64,000 nucleotides of DNA, taken from Blastocystis sp. Blastoise (Eukaryota > Protista > Bigyra: Opalinata). Positions 14,484 through 37,594 of the stretch are shown piece after piece. Positions within the stretch are counted from its first letter, which is position 1. Each line of letters starts with the position of its first letter. The translations under genes and the position numbers were made by a program. The notes under the pieces were generated by a model. The model searched no databases. It saw only the letters and a list, made by a program, of their open reading frames with translations, and was not told the origin of the DNA. The stretch spans positions 1 through 64,000 of the forward strand of contig JBBPEB010000021.1 of assembly GCA_039096225.1 (NCBI GenBank), given 5' to 3'.

Positions 14484-14698
14484 TTATATTTCATAAGAGC
14501 GACTATTAAAACCCTATATATAGATCTCGATTTGCTGTTGATTATATACACCAATGGGATACAAATATGCGTAAAGTAGAAATGGTGAATTTATATAATT
14601 CATTTTTAAAAGATTTATATACAAATAATACAGACAATACTGCAATACCCTTTTGTAATTATAATATATCCACAGCATCTACTACTTCTAGCAAATAA
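12745..14698 (+). CDS. GT49-family (LARGE/B4GAT1-like) glycosyltransferase, type II membrane protein
   Basis: Spliced: N-terminal TM, DVTLVTQTS, KRWKGRISI, YPVNLLRNIAI, TDMDMWP (DxD), IVPAFE, QEPYIMVRK, PMFDPRFINYGKNKIQWIEELRYKG, DIPHPRS; TAA 14696-14698. Confidence 0.9.
13815..13928 (+). other. U12-type (minor spliceosome) AT-AC intron
   Basis: 5' ATATCCTTTT, branch-like TTCGTTAAT at 13912-13920, 3' AC at 13927-13928; removal restores GTH|RYLLPEWY. Confidence 0.85.
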
Positions 14699-16271
14699 GA
14701 TTATTCGATAATTATCATTTTATAGTGATGTTTTAAATTATTATTAGTTATTAATTATTATTATACATACCATGCTGCATTTTTATTTATATATACATTT
14801 ATTTTTTTTTCTAATTGTTTTATTATTTATTATATTAACATGTCACACAATGTCTATCAATATATATATATAAGATTTCGTTTTTCATTTTCATATAAAT
14901 ATATATATATTAATAGAAATACCTAAATAAATAGTATTCTTTTTTTTATTGGTTATTATTTACGTTAATATTTCCATTTTTTTTTCTTCAATTTCTTGAC
15001 AAATGAATTTGTTCTTTATATTATTATTATTTATATTATATCATAATTCATTTAGATTACTTTAAGAATACGTTTTCTTTTGTTTTTGTTTTTATGTTTA
15101 TTCAAATAAAAAATGTATCAAATTGTATTTACTTGATTATCGTCATACATACAAATTTATTTACATATACATACATATAATACATTGTTTTTCTATAAAT
15201 CTAGAAAATAATCAATATATTGTTTTTCTTATGTATGCATAATTATAAAAATAAAACTATCTATATATGATAGCCAATTACAAATACAACATAGAAATCT
15301 ACATGAGATTTTCAACAAATCAAGTTTGTCAGTTTCACTTAGCATAATCAATTCATAATTTCTAAACATATCTACAAGAATCATCAATGTAAAAGTTTTG
15401 TTATTTTTATTATGAACATTAATCTTTAATTATAGGAATACTAAAAATCAAAAATTAGCAAACAACTATAAAAAAATATATTTTTAAGGATAATACTTCT
15501 TTATAATAATAATAACTTGGACACTAATTTATAAAGCTGATTAATTGGCATCAATAGAATTATTTTTGATATTTTTATTTTGAATAATAAAAGAAATATG
15601 TAATTCATTTCTTAAAAATATGCCATTCAAAGAAATTAAAGAATCGTCTTATATAATAAATTGTTTGTTCATAGATCTCAATATCTTCTTGCTGTTAAAG
15701 AAACTAAATAACTCACAAAAATAATAGAAATATTTTAGTATACAAATAATGAGTACATTGATCTACATTTTTCATATCACTAAACTATACATAAATCATG
15801 GATAAAATTATTTCAACATGAAAGCAACTAAATTTGTAGACTATTCATTGACCACGTTATAAATGGTCTTAATTTAACTAAGATAGCAATATGTAAATAG
15901 TGAATTTCATGGATATTTGAATAATCTTCATTTTAAATTTGAAAAAGAAACATAAAAAAGAAATTTAATAAAATAAAGAAAACGACTTTGTGATTACTTG
16001 TGGAAAACCATACAATTTGAATCCTGATTATATTTGAATTACACCCGACATTTTGATAGTTTTCATAAATAATGTTAAAGGATTCTTCCTTTTGATTTGC
16101 GAACGAAATACGAAAGAAAATATTAACCAATGATATACTATATGACCTTTTGTTCATCCTATACAAACACTTTAGTTATCTTTTTTTCAACTTGGTTCCA
16201 AAAAGATTAATAAAGAGGAAAAGATGCGTTTTAATTAAAAATCAAAGTATTTCTTTCAAACAACGTATTTG

Positions 16272-17951
16272 ATGGATTATCCTTGCCATTGTACAATAAA
16301 AAATGGTGAGTATGCCAATCAAGATGGAATTATTAAATACAGTCCTGTAGAAAATAAATATCAAGTTCAATTGTCAACTAATAAGTTAGTTTGGATCGAT
16401 TGTAATGATATCCAAATAGTTCCACATAAGTCTAAGATTATCAATACTGATTTTGAAGCTCCTGAACCTGTTTTGAAGTCATCCTCAACAAAGCATGAGG
16501 TTTCATGCAGTACATTTGATGTACATAAGATATGTGAAAATAAGTGTAATATTAAAACAAGACAAATGAAACGTGTTGATAACGAAGATATTTCAATTGA
16601 TGGTTTATCTCAGTTAGGAAAGAATACAAATAATGAGTTCATGGAATTATCTGTTGCGAATACTGTATATAGTAATTTATGGGTTTCTTCTATGGAATAT
16701 GAGGATGGTCATTCAATTTCTCAAATGATAAATGATCATAAATATAAAAAATTTAAGCAAAAAGAAGAGGAGTCTCTTATAATTGAAGATCTGACCAATA
16801 AAGGTTTATATTATAGTACAGCGTTTACTTCTTTGCCTTCAAATTATCAAAAACAATTAGTATTAGAAAAGAATCATCATTTCTTTCCTATTGAAATCAA
16901 TCAAAAAGAAGTAGATAGTCCTGTAGATGCATCTATAGAAGAGTGGTGTCTTAATCATCCAGAATCATGGGAACAACTACAAAAATATACTGTAATATAT
17001 ATAATTATTATTTTTATTTTAAATGTTTTAAAATTTATATATATATATATATATTTAATAATTATTATTTGTATTCTTATAGACATATTTACAATTACAA
17101 AATAGTCAAGTGAAGTATGTTAAATATGTTTTTTTTTTTTATTTATTTTTTTATTTTTTAATATTTATGTTTTATTTTTATTTTTTATATTAGTATTTAT
17201 TTTTATTTATATATAAATATAGAATTCCATTAGATTTTCCATTAAGTACATTTATATCCAGGAATTCAAATGTAGTTCCTAAAGAAACTACAGAAGTTAC
17301 GCAAAGTACTATTAGTAAAACATTACAGAATATACCTTTATTCTTAAAAGTAGATAATGATGATATTAATGAAAATAAAGGTATAATTAGTATTATTATG
17401 GTTTATTATTATTATTATTATTATTTATTATTTATTATTTATTATTATATAGATAATGAGGTTTCTGCAAATATTTCGTCGGATTCATGTCTAAATAATA
17501 ATATAGATGATTCAGGTCAATCACTAAATGAATTATTATTAACTCTAACCAAAGAACAAAAACTTGTATTTTATATATATATTATTTCTTATATGTTTAT
17601 ATATTAAACCATTTGTTTATTTATTTAGTCAATTCTTCAAAATAAACAACAATTACTAAGTATATTTATATATCAATTTTATTATATATATTTATTTATA
17701 TAAAGCTAGCTTCATTTTTAATTTATCACCTGCTGCATATTCAAGTATATATATATTTTTTTTTTATTATTATAAACAATATATGTATAGTATATATATT
17801 CCTCCATCATTGCAAACTATTATATCTACTATGTCTCATATTAATAACCAAATTCTTGATGACTACGTATATAAAATATTATATTATATTATATAACATA
17901 TATAATATATCTATAACATATATAATATATCTATAACATATATAATATATC

Positions 17952-17987
<36 letters not shown>

Positions 17988-18116
17988 TCTTCCGTATGGT
18001 TTTGCTCGTCTTGTTGGTTTGCATTTTTGTTATTATATAAAGAAAGATATTATTATACTAGGAAAACTAAAAGATATTTTTAGAGATCGTGTGAATAAAT
18101 ATAAATATACACAATA

Positions 18117-18152
<36 letters not shown>

Positions 18153-18377
18153 CTTTAGAATAAAGAATAATTTATTATATTCAATACATATATATAGTTA
18201 TCATAATAATATGTTTTTGGATGTTGATTTAGGCAGGGAATCGAGTTCTTTAGTGGAACACAAATCCGTAGTAATCTTTTATGATAACGGCTGGAAAATA
18301 CAACGAATTCAAAAACAATTTATAGTTGTTAAAGTCAATGATACATTATTAACAGATACAAAACAAAGTATATATAT

Positions 18378-18438
<61 letters not shown>

Positions 18439-18591
18439 CATATATATATAGTTTTACCTTTAACTCCTTGTTCACTTCTTACTATTGGAAATATTAAATT
18501 ATTCTTTTTACAATCAGTTCCTACACGTTCTATTAAAGAAACTGAAGAATTCGAAGAAATTAATCCGGACACTCCTGAATCATCTCTATAA
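16272..18591 (+). CDS. Protein with C-terminal FHA-like domain (FHA2/MCRS1/Fhl1-type)
   Basis: Spliced C-terminus YGFARLVGLHFCYYIKKDIIILGK...LDVDLG...VVIFYD...LTPCSLLTIGNIKLFF; TAA 18589-18591; exon phase near 17.7-17.8 kb unresolved. Confidence 0.75.
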
Positions 18592-19115
18592 ATATAGTTA
18601 TTTCTCTATTCTTTTCTTCACTTTGTGTTTACTATTTATTTATCTTTTTTTTTCTTTTCTTATTTTTCTTATTTTTTCACTTTTTCTTATTCTCTATGTT
18701 AAATCTTATATATATATATACTATATATCTTATTTCTATATCCAGTATTCACATCAATAAATTAGTTATTTTTTTCCTATTTATTAACAATGTATATAAT
18801 TATTTTCTTCTTATATATTATTTTGTTAATTTTTTCACTTTTTCTAAAGTTCTTTTGTATTATTAATATATATATCAAACACTAACTTGTTATGGTTTCT
18901 TTTATTTAGTCTAAAAAGTCACTATATAATAAATATATTTCTAATTTCATTTATTATTCATTTTTTAAATATTATTGTTCCTTTTAAAAATAATTAAAAT
19001 TGTTAACAAAACAAATAAATGACGAACGAGTAATCAGATATTTAAAAATATGAATTTTTCATGCATATTTAAAATATCTAAAATATCATTATAGTACACT
19101 AATTTAATATAAAAA

Positions 19116-20444
19116 TTAATTTTCACTAGGCTCAGCTAATTTTTTAACACTAACGAGTACAACTTCCATAGTTTCAGGGAATTTATAAGGATCTAAAGCA
19201 CTTAATTTAGTCTTAAGAGTAGCAGGCATAGTAGTAGCTTGGAAGTCAGCTAAGAGTTGATTAGCAACAGTAACTTGAGTATTAACATGATGATTTTGAT
19301 TAGCAGGAAGACTGAAACGAACAGTAAAAATAGTATTAAGAGCATCTTCTTTATCAGGCATAACATCATATATAATTAAATCATTTAATTTAGTAGTAGC
19401 AACTTCAATGAAAAGAGGATAGAATTCAAGAGTAGTATTACAATTAATGAACTTAGAATCAACATTAGTAAGCTTAATAGTAACTTCAACATATTCTTCA
19501 GTTGAATAATCAAGACCAGTAACAGCAACACATTCTTTAGTATTAATAGGAGTCCAAACAGCATCACCATCAACAGCAGCACATTTAGTATAAGCATGAC
19601 CAGAATAACCTTCACCACATTCTAAATAAACAATAGTATTTAAAGTATAAGGACCTTCACCACCATTAGGATCATAATAAACTGTATAACCATCAAGGGA
19701 AGGTAAAGAAGCACAAGCTTTATCACCTTCAATAACATCAACACTCTTTACAGTAAGACTAACAGCAACATGGAAAATAGAAGGAGCATTAGACTTTAAA
19801 TAAGTAAGAATATTAGCAGCAACACCTTCAGAAGAACTATCAGTACCTTCAGCTAATTCATATTGAGAAGTATAAGAAGGAAGAGTAATAATACGAACAT
19901 GAATATCAGTCTTAGGAGTTCCAACAGGACGGCCTTCACTATTTACACTAAGAGCTTCAGTATAACCAATTTGAATATCACCAACAGCAAAAGGGAAAGC
20001 ACTAACAAAAGCATAAATCATATTGACTCTAGCAGTAGAAGTGAAATCACCAGGTAATAATCCAGTAAAAGTAAGAACCATATCGACACCAGAACTACCG
20101 ACAGGAATACCTTCAGGACCAGCTTGTTTACTATAACATTGATCATCAACAGTTTCTAAAGCAAAAGCATTATTCTTGTAAACGCAAGTCTTTTGATTCT
20201 TACCAGAATAATCACCTTCACAAGCAGTAGTTTGAGATAAATAAGGGAAAACAGTTTCACAAGCACTCTCAGCTTGACTGTAGCAAACACCTTTAATAGC
20301 ATAAGAACCAGTAGTACAAGCAGTACAAACACCACTTTCTAAAGAACCATCACAATAGGACATACAATCAGCTCCATAATAACCAGGGAAACAACTATCA
20401 GCAAAAGCTAAAGCAATAAATAATAAAATAGCTAAGAATTTCAT
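19116..20444 (-). CDS. Secreted Cys-rich protein (442 aa): signal peptide, EGF/laminin-like N-terminus, two Cys-module + SEA-like units
   Basis: Intact single-exon ORF MKFLAILLFIALAFADSCFPGYYGADC; internal CEGDYSG..KTC and CGEGYSG..TKC repeats. Confidence 0.85.
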   Translation of the reverse strand: MKFLAILLFIALAFADSCFPGYYGADCMSYCDGSLESGVCTACTTGSYAIKGVCYSQAESACETVFPYLSQTTACEGDYSGKNQKTCVYKNNAFALETVDDQCYSKQAGPEGIPVGSSGVDMVLTFTGLLPGDFTSTARVNMIYAFVSAFPFAVGDIQIGYTEALSVNSEGRPVGTPKTDIHVRIITLPSYTSQYELAEGTDSSSEGVAANILTYLKSNAPSIFHVAVSLTVKSVDVIEGDKACASLPSLDGYTVYYDPNGGEGPYTLNTIVYLECGEGYSGHAYTKCAAVDGDAVWTPINTKECVAVTGLDYSTEEYVEVTIKLTNVDSKFINCNTTLEFYPLFIEVATTKLNDLIIYDVMPDKEDALNTIFTVRFSLPANQNHHVNTQVTVANQLLADFQATTMPATLKTKLSALDPYKFPETMEVVLVSVKKLAEPSEN

Positions 20445-22818
20445 CTCTTTATTATTCAGTATAAAATATATATAAAAATAAAAAATTTATACAAGAATTC
20501 TTGAATTATTCACAAGAAACCAATTTTCCTGATTTAGTAAAACAAAAAAAAATCTTCACGTTTCTAAGTTTTTGTATTCTAATGTGCACTAAAGAATGAT
20601 AATTCCTTATATAGTACTCACGTTAGAATATTTCTATCTTTTTCTGATAAGAGATTTTCATAGTGGAGTCCACGATTTGAATTATAGTCTGGTGTTGAAC
20701 AATAAAAATGACGGTCTAAATACAATTATTTGTGATTTTTTATATTGTTTTCGTTTTTCATATTAAAACTAGTGTTTTGTTTTATCTCATTTATAGTAGC
20801 TACTTTAATTGTCATGAAGTACTTATGTTTTCTGTTACAAAGTATAAAAACCATATATAAAGGATAAAATTACAATAATATAATTTAAAAACAGAAGTAC
20901 ATGGATTATGACGATTTATATTGGCCAATATAAATCGGAGAAATCGTCATTTGCCTTTTTATTTTGCGATTTTTATTGGTTGATCCTCATAACCATTTGC
21001 TCCAAACAGAATGTTCACTTTTATAGATAATCTTTACGAATTATCTTATTTTACAAAATTAGTATAGATAGATCATTATTTCCCATAATAGTTCGTCTGA
21101 TTATCTTTCATAGAGCAAACAACACGTTTAAACAATCATTCTATTTTAATGAACATTTTATTATATAATTGTTGTTCATCTCATTAGGAAACCCACCTTG
21201 TGTCCTATATATCGAAACCATTATAGATTTTATCATATTTAAATTTTTTTTTCATTTTTAAATTTCAAGAGCTTCTATCATAGGACACACATGTTGATAA
21301 TCAGCAAAGCTTCAAGTAATAAATTTATCATCTTTTAATATAAAATCATAATGAAAATGAAAGAATTATCTTTACATATGTTTTATTTTTGTTACAATGA
21401 CGTTAATAAATACATATATCAAAAAAAAATACTGAGTTATATGCAAAAACTATTTTTCCACTTTTTCTCTATGAAATGTTGAAAGATTACTTGATACCTC
21501 ATTAATTTTTATAATTTCTTTTTTTTTTGTTTTTTTAACAATGTTATTATTTATTTTAATATCCATTTATAGAGTTACTTCTTCATTTATCATTTCATAC
21601 AACAACACATATTCCTTATTCCTTATTCAATATATCAATTTATTGATACAATTATGAAATATGTTGATGTAGACTAGGACGAACAATTGTTAATCATTGT
21701 GGGTATGCAATCTAAAACTATATATATTCAATCTAAGCATGAATTAGTTGTTTATCATACGATTATCTTAGTCTCACAATTAATGCATGAAATTAAAAAG
21801 ATTTTTTTATTCTACTTTATTCCAGAGAGTTAAACTAAATGATTACAAATCTATTCCATTATAAAATTATCGAATTAAAATGACTTTTATTTTTTGTTCA
21901 TTTCAATCATCTTCTTTTTAATACTTCAAATTTCGTAGTAGTATTGATAATAATGACTTTATACAGTATCAATATCTGTTGTTTATTCAAATATGTTTTG
22001 TTTTCTCTCTACTTAGAAAATCAAGAATTGATTGGATGAACAAATTAGTATTTTTATGGTTCGACATATTATTTTCTTCTAAAACAAAAAACAAAAATTT
22101 AAATATTTTTTTCATTTTATGCTTTGCAAATAAATAAATTTTAGTTTATAAATGTAACCTTGTTACATTCATAACACAAATCTTCAAATTTATATGAAAA
22201 GAAGTTTTTGAACGAAAATTTTATTTATTTATTTTTGTTTAAAGTATTCAAAATATTGCAATATATCGATTACAAAGACGAGTGTTTGAATAGCATATGA
22301 TATATAATTGAAAACAACATATTATGCTATTCATAGATTCTTCAAAGAGTACTATGAAAAGAGATGATACTATTTATGATGATCTAAATTAGGCTTGTTT
22401 GGTAGTCTCTATTTAGGATGAACGTGGAATACTATGAAAATTGAAAAGAAATAGGTTCCTTAGTTGGAAAGTAACAAAAAGTGATAAAATAGAATTTTTT
22501 TCTTCTTAATGACGTTGTTGCATCATTCTAATAAGGTAGCCATTAAACACATAAATCAGGTATTTTATTCTTAAAAGTTCCCAAAATTCTCTTTGAAAAG
22601 GGGTCATAGGATAGTTTTTAAGAATAAGGGCAAGGTTAGTTCAATGAACATGGAAAAGACAATTTTTTAACAAGAAAAATCAATTATTTTCGGGAAATTG
22701 TTACAATTTGAAAAGTGGTTTTTAAAAAATTATTTTCCAAGACGAAATACTGCTTATCTGTCATTTGGGTTATTTAAGAATCAATTGCTAATTCTACATT
22801 AATATTCAGATCACCGAG

Positions 22819-31887
<9,069 letters not shown>

Positions 31888-33494
31888 TAATATAATAATA
31901 CAGGTGTACAATAGCAATATTTATTGGAATACTATTTTTCTCTTTTCAGAATTCTCAACTAACCAATCGAATCATTATTATATAAAAATACTTTTTTTTT
32001 GTATTATTATTTCTTTTTCTCTATATATATATAATTAATATTATAACATTTATATACAATAAAAATATTTAAAACATTTTTCTATTCATTATTCATTTTT
32101 TTATTCTTTTTCCTTTTCCACAAATTTCACATATTCTTTTTTCTTTTTTTTAATTTTATATTCGAATTCATCATATATTTTTAATTACAATTAACTTTTA
32201 ATATATTTATCATCATGATTCTGTTATATATTTTACATACTATCTGTAATCATACTCAAATCTTAATTTATTTATTTTTCTTCTTCTATATTACATTTTA
32301 CTTTTATTTTACTATATACTTATTTCACTTCTCTTCTATTTTTTTTTATATATACTGTTTTGTTTCTTCTTCTGTATATTCATAATAACATTCTTTATAT
32401 TTTTTTATGTTTTTCAATATTATTCTTTCTTTCTTGATATTACATACTAACTTTCATGTATATATAATATTAATATATTGATTTTTATTTTCATTTCTAT
32501 CTTCAATAAAAAACTTAATATATATATATATATACATTCATATATGCTGTTAGCTGTTATATCTTTTGAATAATGAAATGCAGAGTAAAAAATATATCAT
32601 TTTATTATTATTTCATTATTAACTATTTAAATACGTACTTATATATACATTCTTATTATTATTATCTATATATATATATATATATATATAGATCACTATT
32701 ATGATTGTCCATGGACGATTATTTTTAAAAACTGATTTTATACTTTTATTCTCTAATTACTATTGTTTTGTACATTTTTTAAATTTTCCATTTTTTTGAA
32801 ACATTCATAAATGTATATATATATATAAATATATATATATATACATATCCATTCTAGTTTATATATACTTCAATTCAAAACTTTATACACATCGATTAGT
32901 GCATTTATATTAACATGACTTTTTTGTGTATAGTATATATTTAAGAAATGGTTTTATATATTATTTAATGTTATATAACTTTATTATTGTGTAATAGGGA
33001 TAAAGAATTATATTTTAATTATTCATTTAAACGTTGTTATAACAATTGCTTATGTTTAACATATTCTATTCGCTTTTCAAAAAAGTTTATAAAACATTAA
33101 CATTGCAAAAAAATATTCTATCTTTTCAATGATAAATATATATGTATAAACGATATTTTTTAGTTAAAAAATAGTATGCTTTATATTATTTAACTTTATG
33201 AGATATTTTAGTAAAGTATATTTATATTAAATCAACTTTATGAGAGAAATAATAATAAAAATATTAAAGTGAATAGCAAAATAATTAACAATTTTAATGT
33301 AATAAAGGAATCATAGACATAAATCAATAATATATATATATATTAATAGTTGTAATAACAAATAAAATACTTTATTATTTAGAAGAATATCTATAAACAA
33401 AACAAGTTAATAAATTCTAACGAAACATAACTTTAGAATCAGGAAAAAATATTATATATATATATATAAATAAAGCAGAATCCTTGATATATAT

Positions 33495-33908
33495 CTACAT
33501 ATAAACCAATTTTTGTTTCATCATTTTTTCCCCTTCTTCTTGTAACGAATTCTCGTACTGTGTTTTTATTTGCGGAACACAATTCTCTTTTGAAACTACT
33601 ATTTTGAGTTGTTTATGAGCTATATAACCTTTGAGATATTTTTGTGAAATAAGAGACATATAAATTCCTTCTAATTGAAGAGTATTAATATGAATATTAT
33701 TATGTTCATATAAAGATGTTAAAAAAGATATAGATATTTGTATCGATTGTACGAGTTTTTGTACACGTTTAAACAACATTAAATGGATATATAGAGAAAG
33801 GTGATCAACAACAAACTATATATATATATTATTTATTATTATTATTTATATATATATATATACAAATATTCCTTTCTTTAAGAAAAGTGTTTGATTTGTA
33901 TTCATCAT

Positions 33909-33965
<57 letters not shown>

Positions 33966-34015
33966 TATTGAATAACTGAATATTTCCTGTTTTTAATGAT
34001 ATCAATAGATTATCA

Positions 34016-34095
<80 letters not shown>

Positions 34096-34248
34096 CTATA
34101 TGTAAATTATAGGTTTGAAGAGTGGAAGGAGACGGACGACGGCCAATATAAATATTCACGGGAATTAGGTAAAATAAAATAGTTCTAATATTTTTATAGT
34201 TATTTTGTTTAATGGAGAGATCTAATGCTAATGTTAAATATATAGAGG

Positions 34249-34299
<51 letters not shown>

Positions 34300-34685
34300 C
34301 CTTAACCATATTATTGCTATATATATAATAACGACCAAAGTAATAATAAAAAGCTGCCTATATATATATATATATATAAAGAATTATAATTATTATTATA
34401 TATATATACGACTAAAGATTTGAATTGTTGTGGAATAACCGCGAGAAATTGTCCATTTGCATCGGGAACAATTGGCGTAATTAATGTTGGATTAAATTGA
34501 ATGAATTGAGTTTTATAAAAACATACAATTAAGTATTATTATTAAGGATATATATATATATATATATATATATAGTAGTAAAACAATAAAATTAAGTATT
34601 GTAATAATAATAATATAATATATATATATATATGATATAGGTAAGCAAGCAACAAGTTTAGGTATCTATATATAATAATAATAAT

Positions 34686-34722
<37 letters not shown>

Positions 34723-34770
34723 TGCTTTTTTAAAATTTGAAAACCATGTTCTGATCAGATTTACACATTC

Positions 34771-34823
<53 letters not shown>

Positions 34824-35447
34824 CCAAAGTTGTTTTTTTATAATTTTTATGTTCACGTTTTCCTTCTTCATCAATCTATATATATATATATAAACATAAA
34901 AAATTAAAAAAAAAATAATAATAATAAGCAATAATATACTTGATAGCAAAAAGGAATAAGTTCATTTAATAAAGAAGTAATCGTAGGTATAAACCAGGCT
35001 GTTTTTGTATCCAAATATTCATAAAAATAGGTTAATAAATATCTTATTGCTTTTATTTGATTTAGTGAAGCTTCATAATTATTCCTTGCTAGTTCTGCTT
35101 TGATGGACATAATATGGTAGGGAACAATACAATTAAATCTGTAAAAAAAAATATAGATTATGTTATGAAACATAGCATACGACTCTTTCTTGTTTTTTGC
35201 ATCATTTTCATTGAAAACATACTATTTATAAAAAAAACTGATTGTTAAAAAATAAAAATAGATACAGAGTTTGGAATCATATTGATGACATTCATTTGAC
35301 TGCTTTTATTTAAATCAATTGTTAACAAGGAGATAATCTGTACATAATTTCCATTACAAATAGATTGTTCAAGAATTCCTTCAAGCTAGTAAATGAAATA
35401 GATTCAAGAGGAATGTTAAAAGTAAATACTCTACTAATTCCTTGCAT
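33495..35447 (-). CDS. PCID2: PCI-domain protein PCID2/Thp1/CSN12-like (TREX-2 component)
   Basis: Spliced FYYYFGRY, ASIYLTLAL..KNIRTILFYLIPVNIYIGRRP, LKTGNIQLF, LKKGI, EGIYMSLISQKYLKGYIAHKQLKIVVSK. Confidence 0.8.
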
Positions 35448-35597
35448 GATACAATAGGAGATGTACGTACACAAAAAGAAACTTTTTTTTTGATTGACCG
35501 AATTCCCATGAGAATATCATCGTGTTCTAGGGATTTTTCTTTACTGATCAAAATCATTTAGTTTACTTTTCTCGTTGTTTTTCTTTTAAATAGTATT

Positions 35598-36835
35598 ATG
35601 ATGTCAAAGGTATGCATCTAGAAGAATATATTCTTTAAACTTATATATATAATTAGTGGGATAAGTTGAAGTTTGATGCTCGAAACATGGAGTCTTTACT
35701 TTCTGTATGAGTTAGATATCATTATTATTTTAAACAAGTATTGCATATATAGGATAAGATAGTTTCTTATCACAAATATGAAGTTTCTATCAAGAATCCA
35801 AATGCTGAAAAAGGTATTGTTGTTGGTTTTATTACTTTTTTTTATATTATACGCTATCAGTTATAGATATATAAATATAATTTTATTATTATAGAAGGTC
35901 TTTTTACAGAGATTCAAGAAAGTGAATATCAAATTGCTGCTCTATTTAATAAATATCAGTTATTAATTGATGATATGAATGATTATGTTCAAAAGAATTC
36001 TGATATTCGTAATGTTACTATTGTTCAGAGACAAAAAGAAATTATAAAGGAATTTAAATTAGAATATAATCGTACAAAGGTATATATAGATTGGTATATA
36101 GAGATAGTTATATATATATATATATATAGATGAGTATTCATCGTAAATCAGATCGTCTTGCTTTATTAAGTAGAAATGGGTATATATATATATATATTAT
36201 TATTATTAAATTTAATTATATTTGATTTTTAATTTAATTTTATAATATTATTATTATTTAATGTATATATTTAATTTATTATTATTATTATTATAATTCT
36301 TATTATTGATTATTAATAATACTATTATATATATATATAGAGGAAGAGACGTAGAAAGTGATGAAATGGATTTATTATTAAAAGAAAACGAAAGTGTAAA
36401 AAATAGTAATCGTCTCGCAGATAATTTAATAGAGTATATATATTATATATATCATATATATATTACATAATATATATAAATTACAATAATATTTATATTA
36501 CACAATATATATATATATAGACAAGCAGGTGAAACTCATAATAATTTAAAGTCTCAATTTAATAATATACGAAATAGTCGTGAGAAAATGGGTGGTATTA
36601 TAGATAAATTACCAGTAATTGGAACATTATTGAAGAATATTGGAAATAAAAAGAATAAAGATAAGTATATATATTTATATATTCTCTATAAATATATGAA
36701 TGATTCCTAATATATATTACCTATTCAATATATATATATATTCTTTATTAATAAACATTCTATATATATAGTACCATTGTTGCTATAGTTATTGCTATAT
36801 TGATATGTTTCTGTATTTGGTACTTATTTCATTAA
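35598..36835 (+). CDS. GOSR1: Golgi Qb-SNARE GOS1/GS28
   Basis: Eight exons with canonical introns; WDKLKFDARNMESLL, QRQKEIIKEFKLEYNRTK, LLKENESVKNSNRLADNLIEQA, LPVIGTLLKNI, C-terminal TM anchor; TAA 36833-36835. Confidence 0.85.
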
Positions 36836-37138
36836 AGAGTATATATTTTTATTTTCTATTTACTGTTTTATTCTTGCTTATTATTATATTAGTTTTATTA
36901 TTGAATATTCTCTCTCTATTCTTTTATAATGTTTTTATTTCATAAGTATCATTAGAAACTAAAGAAATAGTTGTTTATTTCATTTTTTGTTTTTTTATCA
37001 TTTTTATGTGATACTATTGTTTTTTTATGTATAAGAGAATGATTATAAATAAGAAATGAATAAAAAAAGAATTGTATTTTTAGATCCTATTGTTCATATT
37101 CAATAATAAATAAACAAAGAATAGACGAAGTTTTCTTT

Positions 37139-37380
37139 CACTTGTAGGCAGGTTTTTGTTGTTTAGCAAAGTGGCGCTTGGACCACCACAGACAGCCTCA
37201 AAAACAACCACCGCCTGGTGCTGGAAAAACCACATACCGACGGAAAGGTTACCACCAACCGGCGCTTCGAGGACCATTTTTGACTGTGAACAATTTTTTT
37301 TAAGAAGCAGTTTCAGAAATATTTTTGGCGGAAACAACACCACTTTTTGCCTCTTGACGAACATAAACACGCGAAATAAA
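37139..37380. promoter_or_regulatory. GC-rich motif cluster (AAGCGCC, ACCACC, AAAAACCTGCCTAC, E2F-like sites), function unknown
   Basis: Same words recur at 44610-44648 and 45206-45325. Confidence 0.4.
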
Positions 37381-37594
37381 AACACATATTTACTCTTATT
37401 TAGCGTAAAGTGGGTATTAATGACACATTAACAGGGTCTAATAAGTTATTTTAGAAGTCATTTACATTTAATTAAGATTCTTTTTTATTCTCAAAACAAC
37501 TCATTTTCATCTCAATTGTAGTATAATAAAATAACAATAAAAATAACAAAATACAAAAATAATAAATAAATAATTAATAAATTAACATAGTATT

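Noticed and set aside
15150-16200. Possible decayed coding sequence (also about 22250-22600 and 44650-45120)
   Set aside because: No recognisable motif or consistent splice model.
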